Source: Alphaproteobacteria bacterium (lineage in GTDB: Bacteria; Pseudomonadota; Alphaproteobacteria; BOG-932; Roseiterribacteraceae). Taken from it: a stretch of DNA of 64,000 bases. The position numbers and the translations under genes are program-made. Where the stretch lies: positions 2,481 to 66,480 of the forward strand of contig DATJHU010000050.1 in the NCBI GenBank assembly GCA_035493715.1, in the 5' to 3' direction. Below, piece after piece: positions 23,645-32,577 of the stretch; position 1 is the stretch's first letter, and every line of letters starts with the position of its first letter. The notes below the pieces were generated by a model that saw only the letters and a program-made list of their open reading frames with translations, was not told where the DNA came from and made no database searches.

Positions 23645-23771
23645 CTGTCGCCGGCCATGCCCCCCAAGAGTTCCCGCCGAAGTCCCGGGCTTTCCAGCCA
23701 CCGTACGCGCGCGTTTCACCTGACGGAAGCGTACATTTTTAGCCGGCAATGCAACCGTTGCCATTTGCTAT

Positions 23772-23791
23772 AATGCTAGTATACTAGCATT
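23772..23791. promoter_or_regulatory. Perfect 20-bp palindromic operator overlapping TATAAT
   Basis: AATGCTAGTATACTAGCATT; TATAAT at 23769-23774; GTG start at 23793. Confidence 0.75.
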
Positions 23792-23792
23792 T

Positions 23793-23963
23793 GTGAGCGA
23801 CCAAGACGTAAAACAGTTCAACGTGTACCTGCCGGTCGGGCTGATCCGGCAGGTCAAGCATCATGCCATCGAGAAGGAGTTGTCGCTCTCCGCCTTGGTG
23901 GCGGAGGCGTTGCGCGCCTATCTGGGCGCGGAGCGTGAGCGCGCCGAAGGAGACAGCACATGA
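23793..23963 (+). CDS. Ribbon-helix-helix (CopG-like) regulator, 56 aa, absent from the ORF track
   Basis: [44 protein letters not shown]; ATGA overlap with the next gene. Confidence 0.8.
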   Translation: MSDQDVKQFNVYLPVGLIRQVKHHAIEKELSLSALVAEALRAYLGAERERAEGDST

Positions 23964-24304
23964 CGACGCAAGGCATCGAGGCCATCTTCCTGACCACCCA
24001 CAACTGGGGCAAGGCGGCCAAGTTCTTCCAGGCGTTGGGTTACACGCTGGAGTTCGACACCGGCCACAATTCCGGCCAGCTGCGCAACGGGGACGGACCT
24101 TATGTCTTCATCGCCGAGGTTCCGGAAACCGAGAAGACGGACACCAGGATCGTCATGAAGGTGGCGGACGCCGCCACGTTCAAGGCCGACCCCATCGTCG
24201 AGGTCGCGACACCGTTCGCACCGACCCATTGGGGCACGCAGGAGATGACCGTTCGCGACCCCGACGGCCGCAGCTGGAACCTTCAGGCGCCTGGCAAGGC
24301 CTGA
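23960..24304 (+). CDS. VOC/glyoxalase family protein
   Basis: [26 protein letters not shown]. Confidence 0.85.
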   Translation: MTTQGIEAIFLTTHNWGKAAKFFQALGYTLEFDTGHNSGQLRNGDGPYVFIAEVPETEKTDTRIVMKVADAATFKADPIVEVATPFAPTHWGTQEMTVRDPDGRSWNLQAPGKA

Positions 24305-24308
24305 CCCC

Positions 24309-25169
24309 GTGGCCGGCAAACGCAGGGCAGGACCGAACCATACCGCCGTGCGGACCGCCTTGTGGCGCGCGCTGCATCTTGAGATCGACGCCCCGCCGCA
24401 TGTCATCGAAGACACCGTCGGGCTCAAGCTGGCCGATCCCGACGAGGGTTGGCGCCGCCGCCCGGACATGCACCCGCGCGGCACCGCCCGGGTGCGCGCG
24501 ACCATGGTGGCGCGCGCCCGCTTCATCGAGGATCTGATCGTCGAGCAGGCGGCGCGTGGCGTCGGCCAATATGTCCTGCTTGGAGCCGGCCTCGACAGCT
24601 TCGCCCAGCGCCGGCCGGAGATCGCGTCGCGCCTTAGGATATTCGAGATCGACCAGCCCGGCCCGCAAGCCTGGAAGGAGCGGCGCCTGGGCGAACTCGG
24701 ATTCGGTGTTCCCGATTGGCTGCATCTGGTGCCGGTCGATTTCGAGGCCGGCGCATCCTGGTGGGAGGCGCTGAAGGCGGCCGGCTTCGACCCCGGAAAG
24801 CCGGCCGTCGTCGCCTCGACCGGTGTCAGCGTGTACCTGACCGGGGAGGCGAACAGGGCCACCCTCGCCCAGGTCGCGGCGCTGGCGCCCGGTTCCACCT
24901 TCGCCATGACCTTCATGCTGCCGCTGGACGCGATCGACGCGGAGGAGCGGCCCAACCGCGAGAACACCGAACGCTTCGCCCGCATGGCGGGGACGCCGTT
25001 CCTCAGCTTCTACCGGCCCGACGAAATCCTGGCGCTGGCCCGCCAAGCCGGCTTCCACACGGTGCGGCATGTGTCGTCAGGCGACACCGCACAGCTCTAT
25101 TTCGCCGACAGAGCCGACGGCCTGCGTCCCTCCAGCGCCGAGGAACTGCTGGTCGCGACGACTGACTAG
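24309..25169 (+). CDS. Leucine-carboxyl-methyltransferase-like SAM-dependent methyltransferase
   Basis: TALWRALH, ARARFIED, QYVLLGAGLDSFAQR, FEIDQP, VPVDFE, GVSVYL. Confidence 0.88.
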   Translation: MAGKRRAGPNHTAVRTALWRALHLEIDAPPHVIEDTVGLKLADPDEGWRRRPDMHPRGTARVRATMVARARFIEDLIVEQAARGVGQYVLLGAGLDSFAQRRPEIASRLRIFEIDQPGPQAWKERRLGELGFGVPDWLHLVPVDFEAGASWWEALKAAGFDPGKPAVVASTGVSVYLTGEANRATLAQVAALAPGSTFAMTFMLPLDAIDAEERPNRENTERFARMAGTPFLSFYRPDEILALARQAGFHTVRHVSSGDTAQLYFADRADGLRPSSAEELLVATTD

Positions 25170-25555
25170 GACCTCGCCAGCTGTTCGCCCATCAGCCGAT
25201 GCAGCAACTTGACGGCCTCGAGCGGGCGCACCATCACCTTGAAGCCGGTGATCAGGCTGCCGTCGTCGTTCACGGTGATGATATCGACAGCGTTGATCAC
25301 GATCCCGTCGATCTCGGTTTCAAGCTCGAGGACCGCGCCGGTGTCGTTGCGCCACTCGCCGACGAAGCGGAAACCGGGGCCGCCCAGCACCTTCACCGCG
25401 CCGGACAGATATTTCAGCGTGATGTCGCGTCCGCGCTGCGGGGTGAAGACGACGGGGCTTTCAAACACGATGTCGGGATGCAGCAGGCCGCGCAGCGCGC
25501 TGTCGTCGCGGCTGTCGACATAGGCGCGCCAGCCGGCAAGGGCGCTCATCTCCAT
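25166..25555 (-). CDS. NTF2/SnoaL-like protein
   Basis: LLHPDIVFESPVVFTPQRG, INAVDII, FKVMVRPL. Confidence 0.85.
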   Translation of the reverse strand: MEMSALAGWRAYVDSRDDSALRGLLHPDIVFESPVVFTPQRGRDITLKYLSGAVKVLGGPGFRFVGEWRNDTGAVLELETEIDGIVINAVDIITVNDDGSLITGFKVMVRPLEAVKLLHRLMGEQLARS

Positions 25556-25659
25556 CGTTGGCTCCTTTTGTTCGTTCGGCGATAGGGCTCGATTTGGGGC
25601 GCAAAAACCGGTTCGCAACCGTCCAACACAATCGCCGCCGGTTGCGCTACCCTTCGGCC

Positions 25660-26616
25660 ATGCGGATACCGGTCATCGACATCGCCCCCTTCGCCTCGCC
25701 CGATCCGGCGGATCGGCTGCGGGTCGCGCGGCAGTGGGACGAGGCGTTCTCGACGATCGGCTTCGCGACCATCGCCGGCCACGGCATACCCGAATCGCTG
25801 ATGGCGGACGTGCACGCGGTCGCGCACGAATTCTTCGCCCGGCCGGAGACCGAGAAGATGGCGCTGCACGGGCCGCCCGGTCTCGGATACGAGGGCTTCC
25901 AGGAGGCCAAGCTGGCCCAGAGCAAGGGCGCCGGCGCGGCCCCCGCCGACCTGGTCGAGGCGTTGATGATCCAGGGACCGGAATGGGATCGCCGGGGTGA
26001 AATGCCGCCGGGCGCGCCGGCCAACCTCTGGCCGGCCGTACCGGCCCGTTTTCGCTCGACAATCGACGCCTATGTCGCCGAGGCCTTCGCGCTTGGCCAG
26101 ACGCTGATGCGGATTTCCGCCCTGGCGCTCGGCCTCGAGGAGGGATTCTTCGGCCCCTATTACGACCGCATGATGCACAACCTGCGGCTGGCGCATTATC
26201 CGGACCAGGCCGAGCCGCCCTTGCCCGGACAGTTCCGCAACGGCCAGCATACCGACTTCACCGGCTTCACCATCCTGCGGCAGGACTCCGCCCCCGGGGG
26301 GCTGCAGGTTCTGTCGCCCGACGGCGACTGGATCGATGTGCCGCCGATCGCCGGCACGCTGGTCATCAATTCCGGCGACCTGTTGCAGCGTTGGACCAAC
26401 GATCGCTGGCGGTCGAACCTGCACCGCGTCAAGAATCCCGACCGCGCGCTGACCGGCTCCACGGCGCGGCTGTCCATCGTCATGTTCACCGGCCCCAATC
26501 CCGACGCGGCGGTCGAATGCCTGCCGACCTGCGCCGGCCCGGACAACCCGCCGCGCTATGGCCCGGTCAAGGCCTTCGACTATCTTATGATGAAGATCGC
26601 CGAGACATTCGCTTAA
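25660..26616 (+). CDS. 2OG-Fe(II) oxygenase, IPNS/DIOX family
   Basis: IPVIDI, HTDF, GGLQV, NSGDLLQRWTNDRWRSNLHRV, RLS. Confidence 0.92.
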   Translation: MRIPVIDIAPFASPDPADRLRVARQWDEAFSTIGFATIAGHGIPESLMADVHAVAHEFFARPETEKMALHGPPGLGYEGFQEAKLAQSKGAGAAPADLVEALMIQGPEWDRRGEMPPGAPANLWPAVPARFRSTIDAYVAEAFALGQTLMRISALALGLEEGFFGPYYDRMMHNLRLAHYPDQAEPPLPGQFRNGQHTDFTGFTILRQDSAPGGLQVLSPDGDWIDVPPIAGTLVINSGDLLQRWTNDRWRSNLHRVKNPDRALTGSTARLSIVMFTGPNPDAAVECLPTCAGPDNPPRYGPVKAFDYLMMKIAETFA

Positions 26617-26732
26617 GGGAGCCCAAGCGGCGCAGTGGCCTTCGACTTCTTCATGGGATATGTCTATGTAACGGCTTTAGTTGGCTTTTTCGCGAGCCGG
26701 AACGGTTCGCTTGGGCGCAAGGAGGAGGCGAG

Positions 26733-27068
26733 ATGGCGCTGGATATCGCAACGAAGGAATCGGGCGGCGCGACTGTCCTGACGCTGACCGGGCAACTGGA
26801 CGCGGTCGCGGCAGGATCGCTCGACACAGCGCTGGCCGCGGCGCTGGCCGACGCGAAGGCCGTGGTGCTGGACCTTTCGGCGCTTCGCTACACCAGCAGC
26901 GCCGGCCTGCGCATCCTGCTCAAGGGCGCCAAATCGGCGAAGGCCGACGGCAAGAAGCTGGTCCTGGCCGCGCTGGATCCCGCCGTGCGCGAAGTGTTCG
27001 AGATCAGCGGCTTCGCCAACATCTTCCAGATCGCACCGACATTGGACGCCGCGCTGTCGGGACTCTAA
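26733..27068 (+). CDS. STAS domain anti-sigma-factor antagonist
   Basis: GQLDA, LDLSALRYTSSAGLRIL, VREVFEISGF; AGGAGG RBS. Confidence 0.9.
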   Translation: MALDIATKESGGATVLTLTGQLDAVAAGSLDTALAAALADAKAVVLDLSALRYTSSAGLRILLKGAKSAKADGKKLVLAALDPAVREVFEISGFANIFQIAPTLDAALSGL

Positions 27069-27730
27069 ACGGGACCGAACACCGCCTCGACCCGATCCCG
27101 TTTCGTGTACATGTTCCAATAGAGATCGGCGATGGTCAGCGGGTCGGCCGCCGTGCCGTCGGCGATGAAGGCGTTGATCGACACCGTGCCGACATAGACG
27201 TTGCTCGGCGCCAGCTCTTCCTTGAGGCAATAGGCGTAGGCGCGTAGCGCCGAGTTCGCCAGGCACAGCGAGGTGATGATCGGGATCGGCATGATCGCCG
27301 AATAGCCGGTGCTGAAGAACAGCGCGCCGGTCTTGCGGGCCATCAGGTCCGGGATCACCTGCCGGGCGCAGGCGATCGCGCCGAGCACCAAGAGATCGAT
27401 GTCGTGCCTGGCGCTTTCCACCGTGGTCGCCAACGCATTCGTCGATTCATAGCCGCCCTTGTTCCACTGGGTCGGGCTGAATTCCAGGATATCGACCGCG
27501 CCGAACTTGGCGCGGATCGCGGCGAAAGCCGCCTCGACCTGGGCCGGATCGGACACGTCGGCGGCGAAGCCCGCCGCCTCGATCCCCTCGCCCTTGAGTT
27601 GCGCCGCGAACGCGTCGAGCGTCGCCTGTTTGCGCGACACCATGGCGACCTTGAACCCCTCCCGCCCGAACCGGCGGGCGATGCCCAGCCCCAGAAGCGG
27701 CCCCATACCGACGATCGCGATCGTGCTCAT
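27065..27730 (-). CDS. Short-chain dehydrogenase/reductase family protein
   Basis: IAIVGMGPLLGLGIARRFGREGF Rossmann fold; ADVSD; canonical YxxxK not evident (SLCLANSA). Confidence 0.8.
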   Translation of the reverse strand: MSTIAIVGMGPLLGLGIARRFGREGFKVAMVSRKQATLDAFAAQLKGEGIEAAGFAADVSDPAQVEAAFAAIRAKFGAVDILEFSPTQWNKGGYESTNALATTVESARHDIDLLVLGAIACARQVIPDLMARKTGALFFSTGYSAIMPIPIITSLCLANSALRAYAYCLKEELAPSNVYVGTVSINAFIADGTAADPLTIADLYWNMYTKRDRVEAVFGPV

Positions 27731-28482
27731 TGCGTCTTCCCTTGTTCGCTCAGCCTTTCCCGCGCCGCGACAACCGCGACGAACCCGCCGGCCTCTTGCT
27801 GCTTTACGACCGAAAGGCCGCACGCCTCAAGCCGGGCAGAGACCCACGTCGCCGACAGCCGCAGTTTCTCGTAAGCGCTGACCTGCATCGTCCAGCCTTC
27901 ATCGGCGCGCGCATGCACGATGTCGTGCACGCGGACGCGGTCCTCGTCGACCGTCTCCAGGAAGCAGGACAGGATGCAATCGTCGTCGGCGCGGGGCATC
28001 AGGAATCGTTCGGCACCGACGCGTGCTGCGGTCAGGTCGCGCCAGGTGAGGACAAAAACGCCGCCCGGCTTGAGCGCCGTGTGGACCGCGCGAAACAAGG
28101 CGGTCACCGCGTCGCGCGACGGCATGTGGGGCAGCGTGTCGCCCATGCAGGTGACGCAATCGGCTGTGCCTGGACCGACATGGTCGGCGATCTGCAGAAT
28201 GTCGGCCTCCACCGGCTCAACAGGCGCGCCGCGCAGGTTCCGGCGAAGCTCGTCGAGCAGGACGGCGCTGGTGTCGAGTGCGAGCACACGGGCAAAGCCG
28301 AGATCCGCCAGAGCGGCCGCCTGATATCCCGGCCCCGAGCCCAGATCGGCCGCGAGCCCGCCGGGACGGACGCCCATCTCAAGCAGCCGCGCCTTCTCCG
28401 CCGCCGCCTTCTCGGCAAACGGACCGGACATCCAGGAATAGTGGCGGGCGAGGAGCGATTCGTAATGCTCGCGGTATCCCAT
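27727..28482 (-). CDS. Class I SAM-dependent methyltransferase
   Basis: HYESLLARHYSWM, AADLGSGPG, CMGDTLPH, LKPGG. Confidence 0.88.
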   Translation of the reverse strand: MGYREHYESLLARHYSWMSGPFAEKAAAEKARLLEMGVRPGGLAADLGSGPGYQAAALADLGFARVLALDTSAVLLDELRRNLRGAPVEPVEADILQIADHVGPGTADCVTCMGDTLPHMPSRDAVTALFRAVHTALKPGGVFVLTWRDLTAARVGAERFLMPRADDDCILSCFLETVDEDRVRVHDIVHARADEGWTMQVSAYEKLRLSATWVSARLEACGLSVVKQQEAGGFVAVVAARERLSEQGKTQ

Positions 28483-28512
28483 GACGCCTCTCGGGGCCCG
28501 GGCGCATGCGGA

Positions 28513-29343
28513 TCAGGCCGCTTTGACGGCGACAACTTCGAGATAGTCGCCGGGCACCACCATGGTGCCGTCCTTGGCGACGTTGAATTTGCCGATCAGC
28601 GCGGTCAAGTCGGCCTCAAGGGCTGCGCGGCCGTTCGCCTCCAACGCCGCGAAAGCCTTGAAAACGGGGCCGTAATAGTCGCGGAACACCTCGACCCAAT
28701 GGGCCGGCGAGCGGTAGCGGAAGACGAAGCGCCGGCATTCGGCCGAAACCGCGGCGCCCGGCCCGAACAGCATCTCCAGATGCACCATGTCGCCCCACAG
28801 CGACGGCGATTGGACGCCGGGCGGCGGCGGGACGTGCCTGCCGATGACCTTGAACAGCTGGCCGATGAAGCCTTCGGGCGTCCAGTTGGCCAGACCGATC
28901 TTTCCGCCCGGGCGGCAGACGCGCAGCATCTCGGCGGCGGCCAACCGATGGTTGGGTGCGAACATCACGCCGAAGGTCGACAGCACGACGTCGAAACTGT
29001 TGTCGGCGAAGGGCAACGCCTCGGCATCGGCCTCCTGGAAGGTCACCGCCAGGCGGTCGGCGGCGGCGCGTTCGCGTCCGCGTTCCAGCAGTGCGCCGAC
29101 ATAATCGGTCGAGGTCACCTCGGCGAAGCGGCGCGCGGCGGCGAGTGTGGCATTGCCGTTACCGGCGGCGACGTCCAGGACGCGCTGCCCGCTGCGCAGG
29201 TCGACAGCCTCGCAAAGGGTTTCGCCGACGATCTGCAGCGTGGCGCCGACAATGGCGTAATCGCCCGATCCCCAGGCAGCCTGCTGGCGGGTCTTGATCG
29301 CCGCGAAATCGACGGTCTGATGCGCGTGTGCTTGTGCGGTCAT
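28513..29343 (-). CDS. Class I SAM-dependent methyltransferase (UbiE-like)
   Basis: WGSGDY, VLDVAAGNGN, STFGVMFAP, RVCRPGG, ANWTPEG. Confidence 0.9.
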   Translation of the reverse strand: MTAQAHAHQTVDFAAIKTRQQAAWGSGDYAIVGATLQIVGETLCEAVDLRSGQRVLDVAAGNGNATLAAARRFAEVTSTDYVGALLERGRERAAADRLAVTFQEADAEALPFADNSFDVVLSTFGVMFAPNHRLAAAEMLRVCRPGGKIGLANWTPEGFIGQLFKVIGRHVPPPPGVQSPSLWGDMVHLEMLFGPGAAVSAECRRFVFRYRSPAHWVEVFRDYYGPVFKAFAALEANGRAALEADLTALIGKFNVAKDGTMVVPGDYLEVVAVKAA

Positions 29344-29539
29344 GATAGGTCTCTTCTCTTACGGAAAAAGCGCCGCCAACCGTCGTCCCGCCCGGTACGA
29401 ATGCCCGGCGGAATAACGGTGCGGCCGATGCCGTGTTACGCGTCCTCCCGCACGCCCTGAATGACCGGGCGTCCGCGATGCTTGACAGCGCGTCGGGAAT
29501 TCACAGTGTGTCGCCTTCAAAGAACAGGGATGGCCGCCA

Positions 29540-30511
29540 ATGGCAGCGGACGCACTTTCCGACCTATTGAAAGCGGTACGGCTTACCGGCGCCGCTTATT
29601 TCGACGTGGTGGCCCGCGCCCCCTGGGTGGCGGAGCAACCGCCGCGTGAGAAGATATTGCCGCAGATCCTGGCGGGGGCGGAAAACCTGATCGCCTATCA
29701 CGTGGTGACCGAGGGCCGCTGCTTCGCCAATATCGTCGGCGAACCGGCGATCCCGGTGGAGGCGGGGGAGATCATCGTCTTCACGCGCGGCGATCCCCAT
29801 GTGCTGTCCAGCAGCCCGGGGATGCGCGCCGAGCCTTCAGGCCCGGACGCGGCCGACGCGGCCGACGCCGCCACCGGCAATCCCCTGCCCTTTTTCATCG
29901 ACCACGGACCGGCCGGACCGGTCGCGACCAAGGTGATCTGCGGCTTCCTGGCGTGCGACGCGCGGCCCTTCAACCCGTTGCTGGACAATCTGCCTCCGGT
30001 CATCAAGGCGGGCGGTGGCAAGGCGACCGGCTGGCTGGACCAGCTGATTCAACTGGCGATCGTCGAATCCACCGAGAAGCGAACCGGCGGCGAGGGCGTG
30101 CTGGCGAAGCTCAGCGAGCTGATGTTCATCGAGGTGGTGCGGCGATATCTGGACGGGCTGCCGCCGGAGCAGGCCGGATGGCTGGCGGGACTGCGCGACC
30201 CGCATGTCGGCAAGGCACTGTCGCTGATCCATTCCGACGCCGAGACCGGCTGGACCATCGAGGCGCTGGCGCGCAATGTCGGCTTGTCGCGGTCGGTCCT
30301 TGCCGAGCGTTTCGCCGCCCTGGTCGGGATGCCGCCGATGCATTACGTGGCGCGCTGGCGGATGCAGATCGCGGCCGGACTGCTGACCCAGGGGGTCAAC
30401 ATCGCAACGATCGCCGCCGATGTCGGCTATGGTTCCGAAGCGGCGTTCAGCCGGGCCTTCAAGAAGCTGGTCGGGGTATCGCCCTCAGGCTGGCGCGCGC
30501 GACCGCGCTAG
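29540..30511 (+). CDS. AraC family regulator with cupin_6 domain
   Basis: DALSDLL, GWLAGLRDP, GLSRSVLAERF, VGYGSEAAFSRAFKK. Confidence 0.92.
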   Translation: MAADALSDLLKAVRLTGAAYFDVVARAPWVAEQPPREKILPQILAGAENLIAYHVVTEGRCFANIVGEPAIPVEAGEIIVFTRGDPHVLSSSPGMRAEPSGPDAADAADAATGNPLPFFIDHGPAGPVATKVICGFLACDARPFNPLLDNLPPVIKAGGGKATGWLDQLIQLAIVESTEKRTGGEGVLAKLSELMFIEVVRRYLDGLPPEQAGWLAGLRDPHVGKALSLIHSDAETGWTIEALARNVGLSRSVLAERFAALVGMPPMHYVARWRMQIAAGLLTQGVNIATIAADVGYGSEAAFSRAFKKLVGVSPSGWRARPR

Positions 30512-30588
30512 CGCGCGATGCCGGCCGATTGACGCGGGCGCCGCGAATGCCGAAAAAAGCCCACCAAGCCCTCTAGCCGGAAAGACCG

Positions 30589-30951
30589 ATGACCGCCGCC
30601 CCGCCTGTTACGATCTATGGCATCAAGGCCTGCGACACGATGAAGAAGGCCCGCGACTGGCTGGATTCGGCGCGCGTCGCCTATGCTTTCCATGACTACA
30701 AGGTCGCCGGCATCGATGCGGGAACGCTCCGCACATGGGCCGGCAAGGTCGGCTGGGAACGGCTGTTAAACCGCGCCGGGACGACCTTCCGCAAGTTGCC
30801 GGACGCCGACAAGGCGGATGTCACCGAGCACAAGGCGATCGCGCTGATGATCGCGCAGCCGTCGATGATCAAGCGGCCAGTCCTGGATATCGGCGGGGAA
30901 CTATTGGTCGGTTTCAATCCCGATGCCTATGCCAAGGCCTTCGGCAAATAA
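30589..30951 (+). CDS. ArsC/YffB (Spx-like) family protein
   Basis: IYGIKACDTMKKARDWL, LNRAGTTFRKL, PSMIKRP. Confidence 0.9.
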   Translation: MTAAPPVTIYGIKACDTMKKARDWLDSARVAYAFHDYKVAGIDAGTLRTWAGKVGWERLLNRAGTTFRKLPDADKADVTEHKAIALMIAQPSMIKRPVLDIGGELLVGFNPDAYAKAFGK

Positions 30952-31293
30952 ACGATCGACAGGGATTTTCTCCCGCGAATTATTTGACTCCGACTCAAAT
31001 GCTCGCGGGCGCGCGCAAGATCAGAGCGATCACTGTCATCTAAATTTTTTCAATAATCCGGAACAATACGCGATAAAAAATGTTAGGTATGGTTGGAGCG
31101 AAATACTATTTCGCGTAATTGGCCGTCAAACGGTGTAAACTGTCTTCGTCTGAGAGCGTACCGGAGCAAAAAAGCGCGGGATTCCAGCAATTTCCGCGCA
31201 TCTTCGGATTTACAGTAGAATTGGGTTGCTATATAGAGCGAGCGAGGCTGAAAAATGCCCGCTATGCCACCCTGGAACGAAAAAGAGGATAAA

Positions 31294-31548
31294 ATGACAA
31301 TCCTGCACAAGCTCGGTGCCGCCGCTATTCTGCTGGCCGCCACCGCTGTTGTTCCGGCCTGCCAGTCTCCGGACAAGGCGACCATGGACAAGATGTCGAA
31401 GGACGTTTCCGACGCGAAGATGGCGGCTGAGTCCGCTGCCCACAGCGCTGCGGAAGCTGCCGATGCGGCGAAGGCCGCGCAGCAGGCTGCCGATCAGGCC
31501 AGCCAGATGCAGTCCCACGCGACCGGCAAAGGCATGCGCAACAAATAA
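31294..31548 (+). CDS. Small alanine-zipper lipoprotein (Lpp/OprI-like) with C-terminal Lys
   Basis: GAGGA RBS; signal peptide ending VVPA-C23; Ala-rich heptads AAESAAHSAAEAADAAKAAQQAADQA; ends GMRNK. Confidence 0.75.
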   Translation: MTILHKLGAAAILLAATAVVPACQSPDKATMDKMSKDVSDAKMAAESAAHSAAEAADAAKAAQQAADQASQMQSHATGKGMRNK

Positions 31549-31560
31549 GTTGTGCTGCAG

Positions 31561-31584
31561 GCGGGCTTCGTTCGCGAGGCCCGC
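31561..31584. terminator. Hairpin between the convergent lipoprotein and ldt genes
   Basis: GCGGGCTTCG TTCG CGAGGCCCGC. Confidence 0.55.
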
Positions 31585-31618
31585 TCAAGACCGGTAACGC
31601 GGGCCGGCCGTCTTTACC

Positions 31619-32515
31619 TTAACGGGTGATGGCGACCGGAATACCGCTACGATCCTTGGCCGCTTGCCGAATCGCTGCCCAGTCCAACCGACTGGCGGCG
31701 TCCCCGGCGGCGGCCAAAATCATTTTACTGATACCGACCGGGTCTTCGAACTCGTCGATATTGTCCATCTCCAGCTGATTCGCCTGGCGCGCCGTGGGGT
31801 GGACCTCCAGATAAAGCTGGTCGTCGGCCCAGGCGAGCTTCACCGGCTGGTCGACCACAGTCACCTTGGTGCCGATCGGCACCTGATGGAACATCGCCTC
31901 GATATCCGCCGCGTACATGCCCATGCAGCCGCGGCTGTCGCGCCGGCCCACACGCCGCCAATCGTCCGTGCCATGGATCAGGACCGCCGGCCAGCCGAGA
32001 TAGAGCGCATAGGCGCCCAGCGGATTGTCCGGCCCGGGCGGCACCACCTTGGGCGCCCAGGGCTTGTTCGCGATCTCGGACTTCGTGCGGTACCAGGTCG
32101 GGTTCGCGGCCTTGCGGACGATGCGGGTCGAACCGTGCGGCGTCGTGGTGCCCTCGTCGCCGATTCCGATGGGATAGGTCTGCGGCGTACCGTCCTTTTG
32201 CGGAAAGTAATAAAGCCGCATCTCCGCCAGATTGACGACGATGCCCTCATGCGGGGCGTTCGGCAGGATGTGCTGCGTCGGCACGACGATGTCGCGGCCC
32301 TCGCCCGGCACCCAGGGATCGACCACCGGATTGGCGGCGATGATCGCCACATAACCGACGCCGTATTGGTGCGCGATGTCGAGCAAGGTGTCATCGGCAG
32401 TCGCGCGGTGAACCACGGGTTCCCCGATGATCGCCGGGCTGGCGAGAGCGGCCGAAACCGCCACCAGGGTCGCGAAAATTGTCGCAGAAGCGATGAACAC
32501 GTGACGTTGGAACAT
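31619..32515 (-). CDS. L,D-transpeptidase, ErfK/YbiS/YcfS type (LysM-like, YkuD, C-terminal domain)
   Basis: DTLLDIA...ANPVVDPWVPGEG, GIVVNLAEMRLYY, PIGIG, PGPDNPLG, IHGT...SRGC, YLEVH. Confidence 0.92.
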   Translation of the reverse strand: MFQRHVFIASATIFATLVAVSAALASPAIIGEPVVHRATADDTLLDIAHQYGVGYVAIIAANPVVDPWVPGEGRDIVVPTQHILPNAPHEGIVVNLAEMRLYYFPQKDGTPQTYPIGIGDEGTTTPHGSTRIVRKAANPTWYRTKSEIANKPWAPKVVPPGPDNPLGAYALYLGWPAVLIHGTDDWRRVGRRDSRGCMGMYAADIEAMFHQVPIGTKVTVVDQPVKLAWADDQLYLEVHPTARQANQLEMDNIDEFEDPVGISKMILAAAGDAASRLDWAAIRQAAKDRSGIPVAITR

Positions 32516-32577
32516 GACAACCAACCAAAGATCGGGTTACACGGGTAAGAAGATAGTGATTCGCGACTCGTAATAAC

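Noticed and set aside
27730-29460. 576-aa + strand ORF
   Set aside because: Antisense to two clear methyltransferases; Arg/Gly-rich shadow composition
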